64,000 bases of DNA from positions 224,001 through 288,000 of the forward strand of contig CAVRCF010000003.1 of the NCBI GenBank assembly GCA_963719505.1, given 5' to 3'. The first letter of the stretch is position 1; the number at the start of each line of letters is the position of its first letter. Of the stretch, positions 50,680 to 59,247 are shown in pieces. The stretch comes from Halobacteriovoraceae bacterium (GTDB lineage: Bacteria > Bdellovibrionota > Bacteriovoracia > Bacteriovoracales > Bacteriovoracaceae). The position numbers and the translations under genes were made by a program. Below the pieces are notes generated by a model. The model saw only the letters and a list, made by a program, of their open reading frames with translations, was not told the origin of the DNA and searched no databases.

Positions 50680-50867
50680 TGTTCCCTCCAGAAATGTCCC
50701 AAACATTACAAGTGTATCTTGTTGAAAAACCCTTTGGATACAGCTATTTGGGATTAAATACTTACAGCTTAAAAGTTAGTATTATGGGCTTTGGCTTCCC
50801 CGGATTTTTATGTTAGTTTAATAGAAATACCAAAACTCAATTCCCAATCAACCATCTATTTCCCAAC

Positions 50868-50895
50868 TAAAGTTATCAGGCAAATCTTCCGACAA
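50868..50895 (+). promoter_or_regulatory. Sigma28 (FliA)-type promoter, probably leaderless transcript
   Basis: TAAA-N16-TCCGACAA, ending 7 nt before ATG 50903; no SD. Confidence 0.6.
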
Positions 50896-50902
50896 GAAGA
50901 CA

Positions 50903-51319
50903 ATGAAAAATTTGAGCCTGTTACTATTGCTAGTTTCTTCATCAGCCTTTTGTTGCGAGGTGGAGGTTTCCTTATATGGAGAGTCTATCTATAAGGGAGA
51001 TTCCCCAGAGACCGTTTACGGGAAAATTGAAACCACTTGGAATGCAAATTCAGAAATTTACGACACTCTTTATCTAAGAACGAAGTCTAAAGCTGAAGGG
51101 GCAAAACTCATTATCACGAAGAATGAAAAACAACTTTCATCAAAAGAAATCAAAATAGAAAAATCAAATAAAAGCGATACCTATAGACTGACAAATATTA
51201 GTTTTAAGGATGATCTTATTGCAAGAAATCAAGACTTTCCTTTTTCAGCTCGAATCGATTACTCAAGAGATGGAAAAAAATTCTGTACTCAAACAATTAA
51301 ATTTATGGTGACGAAATGA
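50903..51319 (+). CDS. Hypothetical secreted beta-rich protein
   Basis: Signal peptide; stop overlaps the next start (ATGA). Confidence 0.7.
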   Translation: MKNLSLLLLLVSSSAFCCEVEVSLYGESIYKGDSPETVYGKIETTWNANSEIYDTLYLRTKSKAEGAKLIITKNEKQLSSKEIKIEKSNKSDTYRLTNISFKDDLIARNQDFPFSARIDYSRDGKKFCTQTIKFMVTK

Positions 51320-52596
51320 GGTTTCTCTTTCTCGCTCTCCTTTGCTTTAATCTCTATGCACAGAGCTGCTATACAGAAAAAACGTCAACGCCACCTTTCA
51401 TGGTTACTGATGCCACAGGCATGGGAAGTAAAACCTATGAAAATTTTAAGTCAAAAAATAATTATCGAAAAAATGAAAATATTATTCCTAGACGCTCAAT
51501 TGTAAAGATTAAAAAAGGAAGTGAAGAGTATGCGAGACACTCGCAAAACTATGTTCCAGTAGAAATTATTTCAACTCCGAATACAGATAAACTTGATGAA
51601 AACTTAAAAAATGGAATCTATAGATGGAGTAGTGCTGATAAAAATAGAATGAAAAAAGCACAAATTGGGCAAAAGGGATTTCTTTATGGAAAGTCTCTAA
51701 AGAAAGCTGATGAGTTCACTTATATTGTTGATGAAGCTTCCCCTCTCATCGCCGACAATGGCTTGAGTGAAAAAGGTGTTGTTGCAATAAAGCCTGTGAT
51801 CGATTCAAACGGAAAATTTGAAGTTTTAAAGTGTTGTGATACTCAGAATTTTACTATGCTTCCAGTTTGTAAGATTAAGTACCAATTCAGTTCCATCTTT
51901 GCTGATGAGAGTACGGGAACCAATGTCTTGGTTGATGTTGATAGTTGTGCCGTTGCTTCAGGTCTTACACCATTTAAAAATGACGATATTGTCTCAATTA
52001 TGAATATTTTAAAGACTGGCTTTTCAGAAGATGAAAAAATGAAGCTTGGAGATATCGAACTTTTTGATGCAAAGGGTGTCGTTAAGATTCCCCTTGATTA
52101 TGAGAAAGGGGATGGGAAAGGGTATCCAGGGCCATTTGGATCCTATCACTACAATACAGATGATAAGGGCGCCAGTGATGTTTTTGCCAAGCCGGTAGCC
52201 GCTTGTGTTTTTAATAAAGTGCTGGAGACTCACAATAAAAGTTGTAATGGACCAGGCTGTCAGGTGCAGTTTGGAGATATCTACCACCCAAGAAGCTTCA
52301 ACGTTCATACCTCCCATGGAGGAGGAAACTGCTTTGATGTTAGACCTCTAAAGAAAAGAGATTCTAAAAGGGCTTTGACCTATAGGGATTCTCTTTACGA
52401 TAGAGAGAAAACCAAGAAGTTGATTGCTCTATTTGAGAAAGCTGGTGCCAATAAAATAATTTTTGATGATAGAGCAGTGAGCTCGCCCACGATAAGAAGA
52501 ACTTCTGACCAAAGTCATGCTAACCATATGCATGTTTGTTTTGATGTTGAGAGTTCAAAAACTAAAGAGACTTGTAAGAGTGGAATCGAAAACTAA
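51316..52596 (+). CDS. Secreted protein with C-terminal LAS-type (MepA/M15-like) murein endopeptidase domain
   Basis: VQFGDI...HTSHGGGNCFD (H-x6-D) and HANHMH (HxH) zinc motifs; many Cys; signal peptide. Confidence 0.75.
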   Translation: MRFLFLALLCFNLYAQSCYTEKTSTPPFMVTDATGMGSKTYENFKSKNNYRKNENIIPRRSIVKIKKGSEEYARHSQNYVPVEIISTPNTDKLDENLKNGIYRWSSADKNRMKKAQIGQKGFLYGKSLKKADEFTYIVDEASPLIADNGLSEKGVVAIKPVIDSNGKFEVLKCCDTQNFTMLPVCKIKYQFSSIFADESTGTNVLVDVDSCAVASGLTPFKNDDIVSIMNILKTGFSEDEKMKLGDIELFDAKGVVKIPLDYEKGDGKGYPGPFGSYHYNTDDKGASDVFAKPVAACVFNKVLETHNKSCNGPGCQVQFGDIYHPRSFNVHTSHGGGNCFDVRPLKKRDSKRALTYRDSLYDREKTKKLIALFEKAGANKIIFDDRAVSSPTIRRTSDQSHANHMHVCFDVESSKTKETCKSGIEN

Positions 52597-52640
52597 AAAG
52601 CCCCGAAAGAATAACTTCCGAGGCCTTTGCCAAAAAATTT

Positions 52641-52985
52641 CTATGCGATTGATCTGAGTTCTAAATTTGTTTGTAACGAATCCAATGTTAACTGAAAGTC
52701 AGCTAAGGTTGGCAGATCCCCAAAGTGGGTGTTCTGCGTTGTGTTCATCGCAATGAAATCGTAAATTTCAATTGGAGTTGAACATTCCTTTTCCTTTTGG
52801 AAGCATCTCCAATTTGTTTCTCCTGTGAGGCGATAATTGGTAAATATACTCTCAATTAATTCCTCTTTGGATTTTACTCCCACGCCTTGGACTTTTCCAT
52901 CTTTCCCTACTTCTAGGTACCAGACTTTGTAGTCTTGTTTTTGACTTGGGTGTTTACTTGTTTCGACGGCAACAGCAAGATACAT
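52641..52985 (-). CDS. Small cytoplasmic protein, weakly DUF3892-like
   Basis: Strong AAGGAGG RBS; SKEELIESI ... FI...QNTHFGDLP pattern. The family call is tentative. Confidence 0.65.
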   Translation of the reverse strand: MYLAVAVETSKHPSQKQDYKVWYLEVGKDGKVQGVGVKSKEELIESIFTNYRLTGETNWRCFQKEKECSTPIEIYDFIAMNTTQNTHFGDLPTLADFQLTLDSLQTNLELRSIA

Positions 52986-53130
52986 GCGAACCTCCTTGTT
53001 GGTCTCTCTAAGACCGGCTTTTCATAAGCCATTGTGTGTGTTAGTGTGTAGCGTCCTGCATAACTAATTTATTTGGGCCCTAATTCCATCCTAGAAGTTG
53101 TTTGACCCAAACTTCAAGCTTCCTGCTAAA
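52986..53130 (-). promoter_or_regulatory. Structured GGA-rich 5' leader
   Basis: Minus strand GCAGGAAGC, AGGATGGA, GCAGGACGC, AAGGAGG plus hairpins GGTCT/AGACC and GGCTT/AAGCC; TATAGT -10-like box at 53134-53139. Confidence 0.5.
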
Positions 53131-53316
53131 TTAACTATATCTTGTCTAAACCCTTTACTGCACGTACTTTCGAGTAACAAAAAATTACAGCTTGATCAGT
53201 ATTTGTAAGATTGCCCCCACCATCGGGGCTAAAATGCCCCTACGGCTGCGTTAAGAGATTGATATTGTTCATGTATTCTGGCACTCTAAATTATTGGATT
53301 ATTAAAGGAATAAGGT

Positions 53317-53811
53317 ATGAAATTAAGTCAAGACGTCGAAAAGACGATCTTTCCTCTCAAGATAGTGTGGCTCGCTTTAATCGCTTCCATGTTTGTTTAT
53401 TCGCTCTTTTTTATCTCTGTTAGGGGAGTGAGTTTTGTGGATGAAAAAGATATCGGCAACCTAAAAAATATACTTCTTTTTATAGCGAGTACTCCTTTTG
53501 TTTTTACGTTAATCTCTTCTCAAAAAAAGGATTGGCTTGTTTCTAAACTTGGAAGTAATGCCAAGGCTCCCTATTTAAAAACGATGAGTGAAGAAGAACA
53601 AAATTACCTGTCACGTTTTGGTGCTTATTTTATTTCTCACGTCATTGTATGGGCACTTAATGAAGGTGGTGCTATCATTGGTTTTATCTTGAGCTTTATC
53701 ACGGGAAACTTTACCTACTATATAGCGTTTGCATCGGTGGCAATTTTTATGAATCTTTTTCTTTTTAAACCCGATTATAAAAACTTTATGAGAAGAAATA
53801 AATTTGTCTAA
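53317..53811 (+). CDS. Hypothetical four-TM membrane protein
   Basis: Four hydrophobic segments, WALNEGGAIIG; overlaps the murJ start. Confidence 0.75.
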   Translation: MKLSQDVEKTIFPLKIVWLALIASMFVYSLFFISVRGVSFVDEKDIGNLKNILLFIASTPFVFTLISSQKKDWLVSKLGSNAKAPYLKTMSEEEQNYLSRFGAYFISHVIVWALNEGGAIIGFILSFITGNFTYYIAFASVAIFMNLFLFKPDYKNFMRRNKFV

Positions 53812-55366
53812 GTCAAAAGTTTTTCTCTCCTCACTAAAGATGGCCTTGGCGACTTTTTGTAGTCGTATCTTGGGACTTGTGCGTGAGCAAGTGATGGCCG
53901 CGTACTTTGGAGCCTCGGGCTTAACGGATGCATTCTTAGTTGCCTATAGAATACCAAACCTTTTGAGAGATCTTTTTGCTGAAGGTGCTTTTTCATCTGC
54001 TTTTGTTCCGACATTTGTAGAGGTTAATCAGGAAGATCCAGAAAAAGCCAAGAAACTTTTCTGGGCCCTTTTTATTTTACTAGGACTCTTAACTTTATCT
54101 TTATCAGCCCTTATTATTATTTTTGCTCCAGAGATTATTTCACTCTTTGCACCTACCTTTACACAGGATCCTGAGAAGTTTCTTTTAACGGTTAATTTAA
54201 CAAAGATAATGGCGCCATTTTTATGCTTTGTCTCTTTGGCCGCTCTTTTTATGGGCGCTCTCAATGCCTTAAAAGTTTTTTTTATTCCCTCTATTGCACC
54301 AGCATTTTTTAATGTTGCCATGATTGGATCCATGTTGCTCTTTCCAAGTCTTTTTCTATCAATGGGAATTCCAGCGATTTATTCACTTGGGGCAGGAGTT
54401 TTCATCGGGGGACTTGTTCAGGGTTTTGTTCAAATACCTATGCTTGTTAAAAAGGGCTATGGTTGGAGCAAACCGGATAAACTCTTGACCAAAAACTCTA
54501 AAAAAGTTTTCAAACTTCTGGGCCCCGGACTCATTGGTTTTGCGGCCACTCAGGTAAATCTTATCGTTAATACTGTTCTTGCATCGGGAACAATTGTTGG
54601 AGCTGTAAGTTGGCTTAGTTACTCCTTTAGAATGTTTCAACTTCCCGTCGGTATTCTTTCTGTGAGTATTGGAAATTCAAATCTTGTGCATTTTTCTGAT
54701 GCTTGGAAAAACGGTGACAAAGATGAAGCGACCAAACTTTTAGGTGGAAGCTTTTTTCTTTCACTCTTCTTGGTTCTTCCTCCAATGATTGCTCTTATAG
54801 CCTTTAATGAGGATCTCATTAGGCTTGTTTTTGAAAGAGGTCGATTTGATGCTTATGCTACTTCTCAGACAGCCTTGGCCTTGAAATGGTATGCTTTAGG
54901 ACTTCCCTTTTACGGAATGTATAAAATTTTTGTTCCTACTTTTTATGCAATCGACAGACAAAAGGTACCTGTTTATAGTTCCATTTTTTCGGTGGGAGTT
55001 AATATTGTTTTTTGTATCGTTCTGACACCTATTTATGGGTTTGAGATTTTGGCATTAGGGACAACTCTTTCCATGCTCCTAAACTCCTTTATCCAACTCA
55101 TTTTCTTGCATAGGGATCTAGCACTTCCTTGGAATCACTTTTTCAATTTGAGAGTCTTGAAGATCTTGTTTGCTTCTTTGGTGACATTTACTTTTTGCTT
55201 TGAGTTAAATAAGTCTATGCCTATTGGTAGCAGCTTTCTAGAAGATGCAGTTTATACATTTTTAAAGCTTTCGTTTACTGTTGTGTGTTATGGATTGCTT
55301 GTCTTTCTTCTAGGGGAGCGAAGCGTCGTGCTAAGTATTTTGCGCAAAATTAAAAATAGATTGTAG
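53804..55366 (+). CDS. murJ: Lipid II flippase MurJ (MviN)
   Basis: SRILGLVRE, AYRIPNLLRDLFAEGAFSSAFVP, RMFQLPVG, FERGRF. Confidence 0.97.
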   Translation: MSKSKVFLSSLKMALATFCSRILGLVREQVMAAYFGASGLTDAFLVAYRIPNLLRDLFAEGAFSSAFVPTFVEVNQEDPEKAKKLFWALFILLGLLTLSLSALIIIFAPEIISLFAPTFTQDPEKFLLTVNLTKIMAPFLCFVSLAALFMGALNALKVFFIPSIAPAFFNVAMIGSMLLFPSLFLSMGIPAIYSLGAGVFIGGLVQGFVQIPMLVKKGYGWSKPDKLLTKNSKKVFKLLGPGLIGFAATQVNLIVNTVLASGTIVGAVSWLSYSFRMFQLPVGILSVSIGNSNLVHFSDAWKNGDKDEATKLLGGSFFLSLFLVLPPMIALIAFNEDLIRLVFERGRFDAYATSQTALALKWYALGLPFYGMYKIFVPTFYAIDRQKVPVYSSIFSVGVNIVFCIVLTPIYGFEILALGTTLSMLLNSFIQLIFLHRDLALPWNHFFNLRVLKILFASLVTFTFCFELNKSMPIGSSFLEDAVYTFLKLSFTVVCYGLLVFLLGERSVVLSILRKIKNRL

Positions 55367-55425
55367 AAACCATTGTTAATGTTGTAGACTTATGCTGTTT
55401 TATATCTATTAAAAGGAATTACCGT

Positions 55426-55896
55426 ATGAGAACTGATTTCAATACTCTTATCGCTCTATCTACCCATACAATCAACCATCTTAAGCAAGATTCATTGATT
55501 GAGTACAACGTGGATAAGAGAGCTGAGCTTATTGATGCACTTGCTACTGAGCTTGGTGTTTCTTTCGCAACAGATGAAGATATTAGAGATCAAGCTGTTG
55601 AAGAAGTTGAAGAGAAGTTTGGGATCGATGAGGTTACAGACGATATTACTGAAACTGAGATGTTTAACCATGCTAGAAAAGAAATTATAAAGTCTTTCCA
55701 GGGTGAAAACCTCGGTGGACTGTATATGGTGGAGTCGCTTCATAAAGTTTCTAATAGAGTAAAAGAATTTCTTTTACACTCAGATCTTATTGAAGATGTG
55801 TTTTCTACAGATGAAGACCTTATAGAGTTTCTGGTAGAAAATATGAGAAAATTCAGTCCAAAAACTGGCGGTTACGAGCACCACTCACACAACTAA
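55426..55896 (+). CDS. DUF507-like protein
   Basis: Acidic helical protein with ..EDIRDQA.E.VE...MF..ARKE pattern. Confidence 0.6.
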   Translation: MRTDFNTLIALSTHTINHLKQDSLIEYNVDKRAELIDALATELGVSFATDEDIRDQAVEEVEEKFGIDEVTDDITETEMFNHARKEIIKSFQGENLGGLYMVESLHKVSNRVKEFLLHSDLIEDVFSTDEDLIEFLVENMRKFSPKTGGYEHHSHN

Positions 55897-55926
55897 AAAC
55901 TAAACAAAAATTTAAATACTTGATTG

Positions 55927-55958
55927 AAAAACCAGCACTTATTTGCTGGTTTTTTTTT
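55927..55958 (+). terminator. Rho-independent terminator
   Basis: AAAAACCAGCA-cttatt-TGCTGGTTTTTTTTTT. Confidence 0.88.
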
Positions 55959-55979
55959 GATTTCAAACACTTAAACCCC

Positions 55980-56007
55980 TAAAGATTATCTTCGATTAAA
56001 CCGATAA
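55980..56007 (+). promoter_or_regulatory. Sigma28 (FliA)-type promoter
   Basis: TAAAG...ACCGATAA (TAAA-N16-ACCGATAA). Confidence 0.65.
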
Positions 56008-56060
56008 AGAGCAAAAGAGTAGGTCTAATGGCCTATAATTAACTACTAAGAGAGATAATT

Positions 56061-58010
56061 ATGATCAAGGGAATTCATTTATTACTACTACTGGTTGGTT
56101 CAATTGTTTTTGAAGCCCATGCTATGAGTCCACAAGAGCTGATGCAAGTTTGTAGACAGAAAAATGGTAAGGTTCAGAAAAAGGGTGAATCATTCGTTGA
56201 GGACGGAAAACTCTGTCAGCAAATGCGATGTAGTGGAGCCACTGACTCAAACGCAGCTGGACTTAGCCCAGATATTGTCGAGGGAGATCATCCCCACGGT
56301 ATTGGTGATGGTGGAGGTATCTTTGCCTATCAAAAGCTTTGTGCTGCTAAAGTTGACTGGGATGCTCTCTTTGATGCTCAGGTAACGGTCAATACGACAG
56401 GTAATAATGGAAACAACGGAAACAATGGTAGTACCGGAAGCACTGGCTCTAGTGGCGAGGGTAGTTTTTATATTGATGGAGTCCTAGTTTCTGAAGCTGA
56501 GTGGCTACAAAGATGTGTTAAGAAAAATGGAAAGATAAGAAATAAGTGTCGTCGTGGAAGCGCAAGTTACAACGTAAATATTAGAGGCGGCGGCGGCGGT
56601 GGCCCTCGTGGCGGTGGATACGTTGTCCTTAGACGTGATGATGGTACAACTTTTAATTGTTCATATACAAGTTCTTGGCAAGAGTGTCAGGGAAGAGACG
56701 GCGGAGTGGTTGTCTCGGTTAACTCATATGAAGACTGTGTAAACTGTGGCGGAAGCTCACGCAGAAGCGGAAGTGGTGTTGCAGATATTCTTGGTGCGGT
56801 TCTACCTCCATTAGCTCAGTTTGGATCGGCATGGCTTTGGTCAGATGCTTATAGAGATTCAAATGTAGCTTGGGCAGGAGCAGCTGAGACAGGCTTTGAG
56901 CAATGTCAATTAATGCAAACAAATCATATGCACACACTTTATGGAAACCCAAATAGAATTTCGAGCCTTCAAGGTTCTGGTGGGTTTTACGCAGATAATG
57001 AATTACCACATGATTACATTGCTCCTCCGGGATGTAATGGATATCAATTAGGTGGATTTGCTGGTGGCGCTGGCTTTCAAGGAAACGGATTCGGTGGATT
57101 CGGAAGTACTTGGGGTGGTGCAGGTTATAGTCCTGGATTCCAAGCTGGTATGTATGGACCTTATGGACAATATAATCCTTACGGACAAGTTAACGGAATG
57201 GGAGGCTTTGGTGGATTCGGTGGACCTGGTGGGTTCGGTGGACCTGGCGGAGGCCTTGGTATTAATATCGGCGGTGGATTCGGTGGACCTGGATTTGGCG
57301 GCGGCGGCTTCGGTACACCTGGATTTGGTGGACCTGGATTCGGCGGCGGTGGATTTGGCGGACCTGGCTTTGGCGGCGGTATCGGAATGGGTGGCTTTCC
57401 TGGAGGCGGCATGGGTGGATTCCCAGGCGGCGGAATGGGCGGGTTTCCTGGCGGCGGTATGGGAGGATTCCCTGGCGGCGGAATGGGCGGCTTTCCTGGC
57501 GGCGGAATGGGTGGATTCCCAGGCGGCGGTGGAGGCTTAGGTCTTGGAATAGGAATTGGTTTAGGTGGCGGATTAGGTTCTGGCTACCCTGGATATAATG
57601 GTGGAATGTACGGCGGCGGACCTGGATTTGGTGGCGGCGGAATGTACGGTAACCCTTGGGGCGGCGGCGGAGCTATGGGACAGGGAACTGTTCCATGGGG
57701 TCAAGGCACTGGTGGATACTGGAACGGTTCTGGTGGATGGAACGGTGGAGCCGGAGGTTATGGTAACTACGGAAATATCCAACAAAGTTACGCTCTTAAT
57801 CAACAAGCTCTTGGACAAGATAGTTTCTTCCAACAAGCAGCTCTTCAGAATTCATATGGTCAAGCGGCACAAAACCTTTATGGTGCTGGCGGCGGTGGAG
57901 CATATGGACAATACGGTGGCTATGGTGCGAGTGGTGGATACGGATACGGTCCTTACTCACCTTCAAATATGGGTTACGGTATGAGTCTAGGATTTGGTTT
58001 CGGATTCTAA
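56061..58010 (+). CDS. Secreted Cys-rich/Gly-rich repeat protein
   Basis: Signal peptide, Cys-rich N-half, roughly 300-aa G/F/P/M/Y low-complexity C-half, ending GMSLGFGFGF. Confidence 0.85.
   Translation: MIKGIHLLLLLVGSIVFEAHAMSPQELMQVCRQKNGKVQKKGESFVEDGKLCQQMRCSGATDSNAAGLSPDIVEGDHPHGIGDGGGIFAYQKLCAAKVDWDALFDAQVTVNTTGNNGNNGNNGSTGSTGSSGEGSFYIDGVLVSEAEWLQRCVKKNGKIRNKCRRGSASYNVNIRGGGGGGPRGGGYVVLRRDDGTTFNCSYTSSWQECQGRDGGVVVSVNSYEDCVNCGGSSRRSGSGVADILGAVLPPLAQFGSAWLWSDAYRDSNVAWAGAAETGFEQCQLMQTNHMHTLYGNPNRISSLQGSGGFYADNELPHDYIAPPGCNGYQLGGFAGGAGFQGNGFGGFGSTWGGAGYSPGFQAGMYGPYGQYNPYGQVNGMGGFGGFGGPGGFGGPGGGLGINIGGGFGGPGFGGGGFGTPGFGGPGFGGGGFGGPGFGGGIGMGGFPGGGMGGFPGGGMGGFPGGGMGGFPGGGMGGFPGGGMGGFPGGGGGLGLGIGIGLGGGLGSGYPGYNGGMYGGGPGFGGGGMYGNPWGGGGAMGQGTVPWGQGTGGYWNGSGGWNGGAGGYGNYGNIQQSYALNQQALGQDSFFQQAALQNSYGQAAQNLYGAGGGGAYGQYGGYGASGGYGYGPYSPSNMGYGMSLGFGFGF
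57390..57530 (+). repeat. 24-bp coding tandem repeat, (GGFPGGGM)x5 + GGFPGGG
   Basis: Six units identical in protein but with differing synonymous codons. Confidence 0.95.
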
Positions 58011-58033
58011 AAAAATAAAAAATAAGATAAATC

Positions 58034-58062
58034 AAGGCTCTCTTTATAGGGAGCCTTTTTTT
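58034..58062. terminator. Probable bidirectional terminator
   Basis: AAGGCTCTCT-ttat-AGGGAGCCTT-TTTTT between convergent genes. Confidence 0.8.
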
Positions 58063-58705
58063 ATTTATTAAAGCTGATTGATTTTATAATTGTTGTGAAG
58101 CTCTCCTTAGAACCGTCACCATCAGCACTTAGCCAAAGGGCCATCGTTTTAACTGGCTTTTCCAATTTGTATTCGAAGGAGCTTGGGCCTTGATCTTTTA
58201 GCTTAAAGACAAAGTTTTCCATGAAGAGATCACTCTTTGGATGCACTTTTCTTTTTGCGTGGAGATCCTTATTAAAAGTGGCGATAAACATCTCGATATG
58301 ACTAATCCCTTTGTTCTTTCCTGAAAATTCATAAACCTCGGTCACCCATTGAGGAGCAAAGAATTTTTTCATACCAGAGAGTTTTTTATCACCCTCTATA
58401 ACCAGGCCTAACTTAAAAGGGTAGTCATCTGAGGCAGAAGGAAGATTAAGTTTATTAGAAATATCTAAGTCTACTTTTATTGATTGTACTGTGACGGGAG
58501 AGCTAAACTTGTGAATGAGAAAGGAAGAAGATTTATCGACATTTATGACAATGTTTTCTTTAAAGCTTATATTGTTTTTTTTGATTTTTCCAAAGTCGAT
58601 ATGCTTCCATGAGGGGCTATCTAGGGGAATGATAATAGCTGCGCAGACAAAAGAGGAGGTGATAGACTTTGAAAAATAATTCAAAAATTTTTGAATAATT
58701 CTCAA
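58061..58705 (-). CDS. DUF3047-like secreted protein
   Basis: SDDYP...LWLSADGDGS pattern; true start uncertain. Confidence 0.5.
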   Translation of the reverse strand: MRIIQKFLNYFSKSITSSFVCAAIIIPLDSPSWKHIDFGKIKKNNISFKENIVINVDKSSSFLIHKFSSPVTVQSIKVDLDISNKLNLPSASDDYPFKLGLVIEGDKKLSGMKKFFAPQWVTEVYEFSGKNKGISHIEMFIATFNKDLHAKRKVHPKSDLFMENFVFKLKDQGPSSFEYKLEKPVKTMALWLSADGDGSKESFTTIIKSISFNK

Positions 58706-58719
58706 AGCCTGTCCTTAAA

Positions 58720-59139
58720 TTATTTTATTCCGTGAACAAGAGTTTTAATTTCATGCTGAAATAAAACTTCAATTTTTCCATCGATAAGAGCTTGCACGAT
58801 ACCTGGACCAAATTTTTTGTGGTCAATCATATCGTTAACTTCAAAAGATTCTCTTATTGTATAATCTTTTGCTTTTCCTGAGGCATTACCAATGGCTTCA
58901 GTCCATAGTTCGTTGATAGGAACTGACTTTGCTCTCGTTCTCCCTGGAGCAGCTTTTTTTGCTCTAACTTTTTTCGTTTTAGTAGCAGGATCTTTGTACA
59001 TATGAGTTGCGTTACAAGTTTTGCAAGTAACCTTCCCAAGTGTATTCTCATCTTTCATGGAAACAATAATGTGTGCTAGAGCCAACTTACATTTTCCACA
59101 ATAAGAAATAACCTCTTTTCCAGCAGCGTACTTAGACAT
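58720..59139 (-). CDS. Zinc-ribbon plus PcrA/UvrD-like Tudor domain protein
   Basis: CGKC...H...CKTC...H, Lys-rich linker, FEVNDMIDHKKFGPGIV...KIEVLF...KTLV. Confidence 0.7.
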   Translation of the reverse strand: MSKYAAGKEVISYCGKCKLALAHIIVSMKDENTLGKVTCKTCNATHMYKDPATKTKKVRAKKAAPGRTRAKSVPINELWTEAIGNASGKAKDYTIRESFEVNDMIDHKKFGPGIVQALIDGKIEVLFQHEIKTLVHGIK

Positions 59140-59247
59140 TAATTATCCTTTTTTTACTTTAGAATGACTTCACAAAATAGACATAGAAATATTCTACGTA
59201 TTGAGTTATTGTCTGAATTATAAACAGATCATATTTTATCGAACTTA

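Noticed and set aside
57200..57540. Repeats considered as a CRISPR array
   Set aside because: They are in-frame coding repeats with no unique spacers, and no cas genes are present.
57052..58035. Long alternative-frame and antisense ORFs (e.g. the Pro-rich 57179..57412)
   Set aside because: They are shadows of the GGN-rich Gly repeat gene, with no RBS or independent features.
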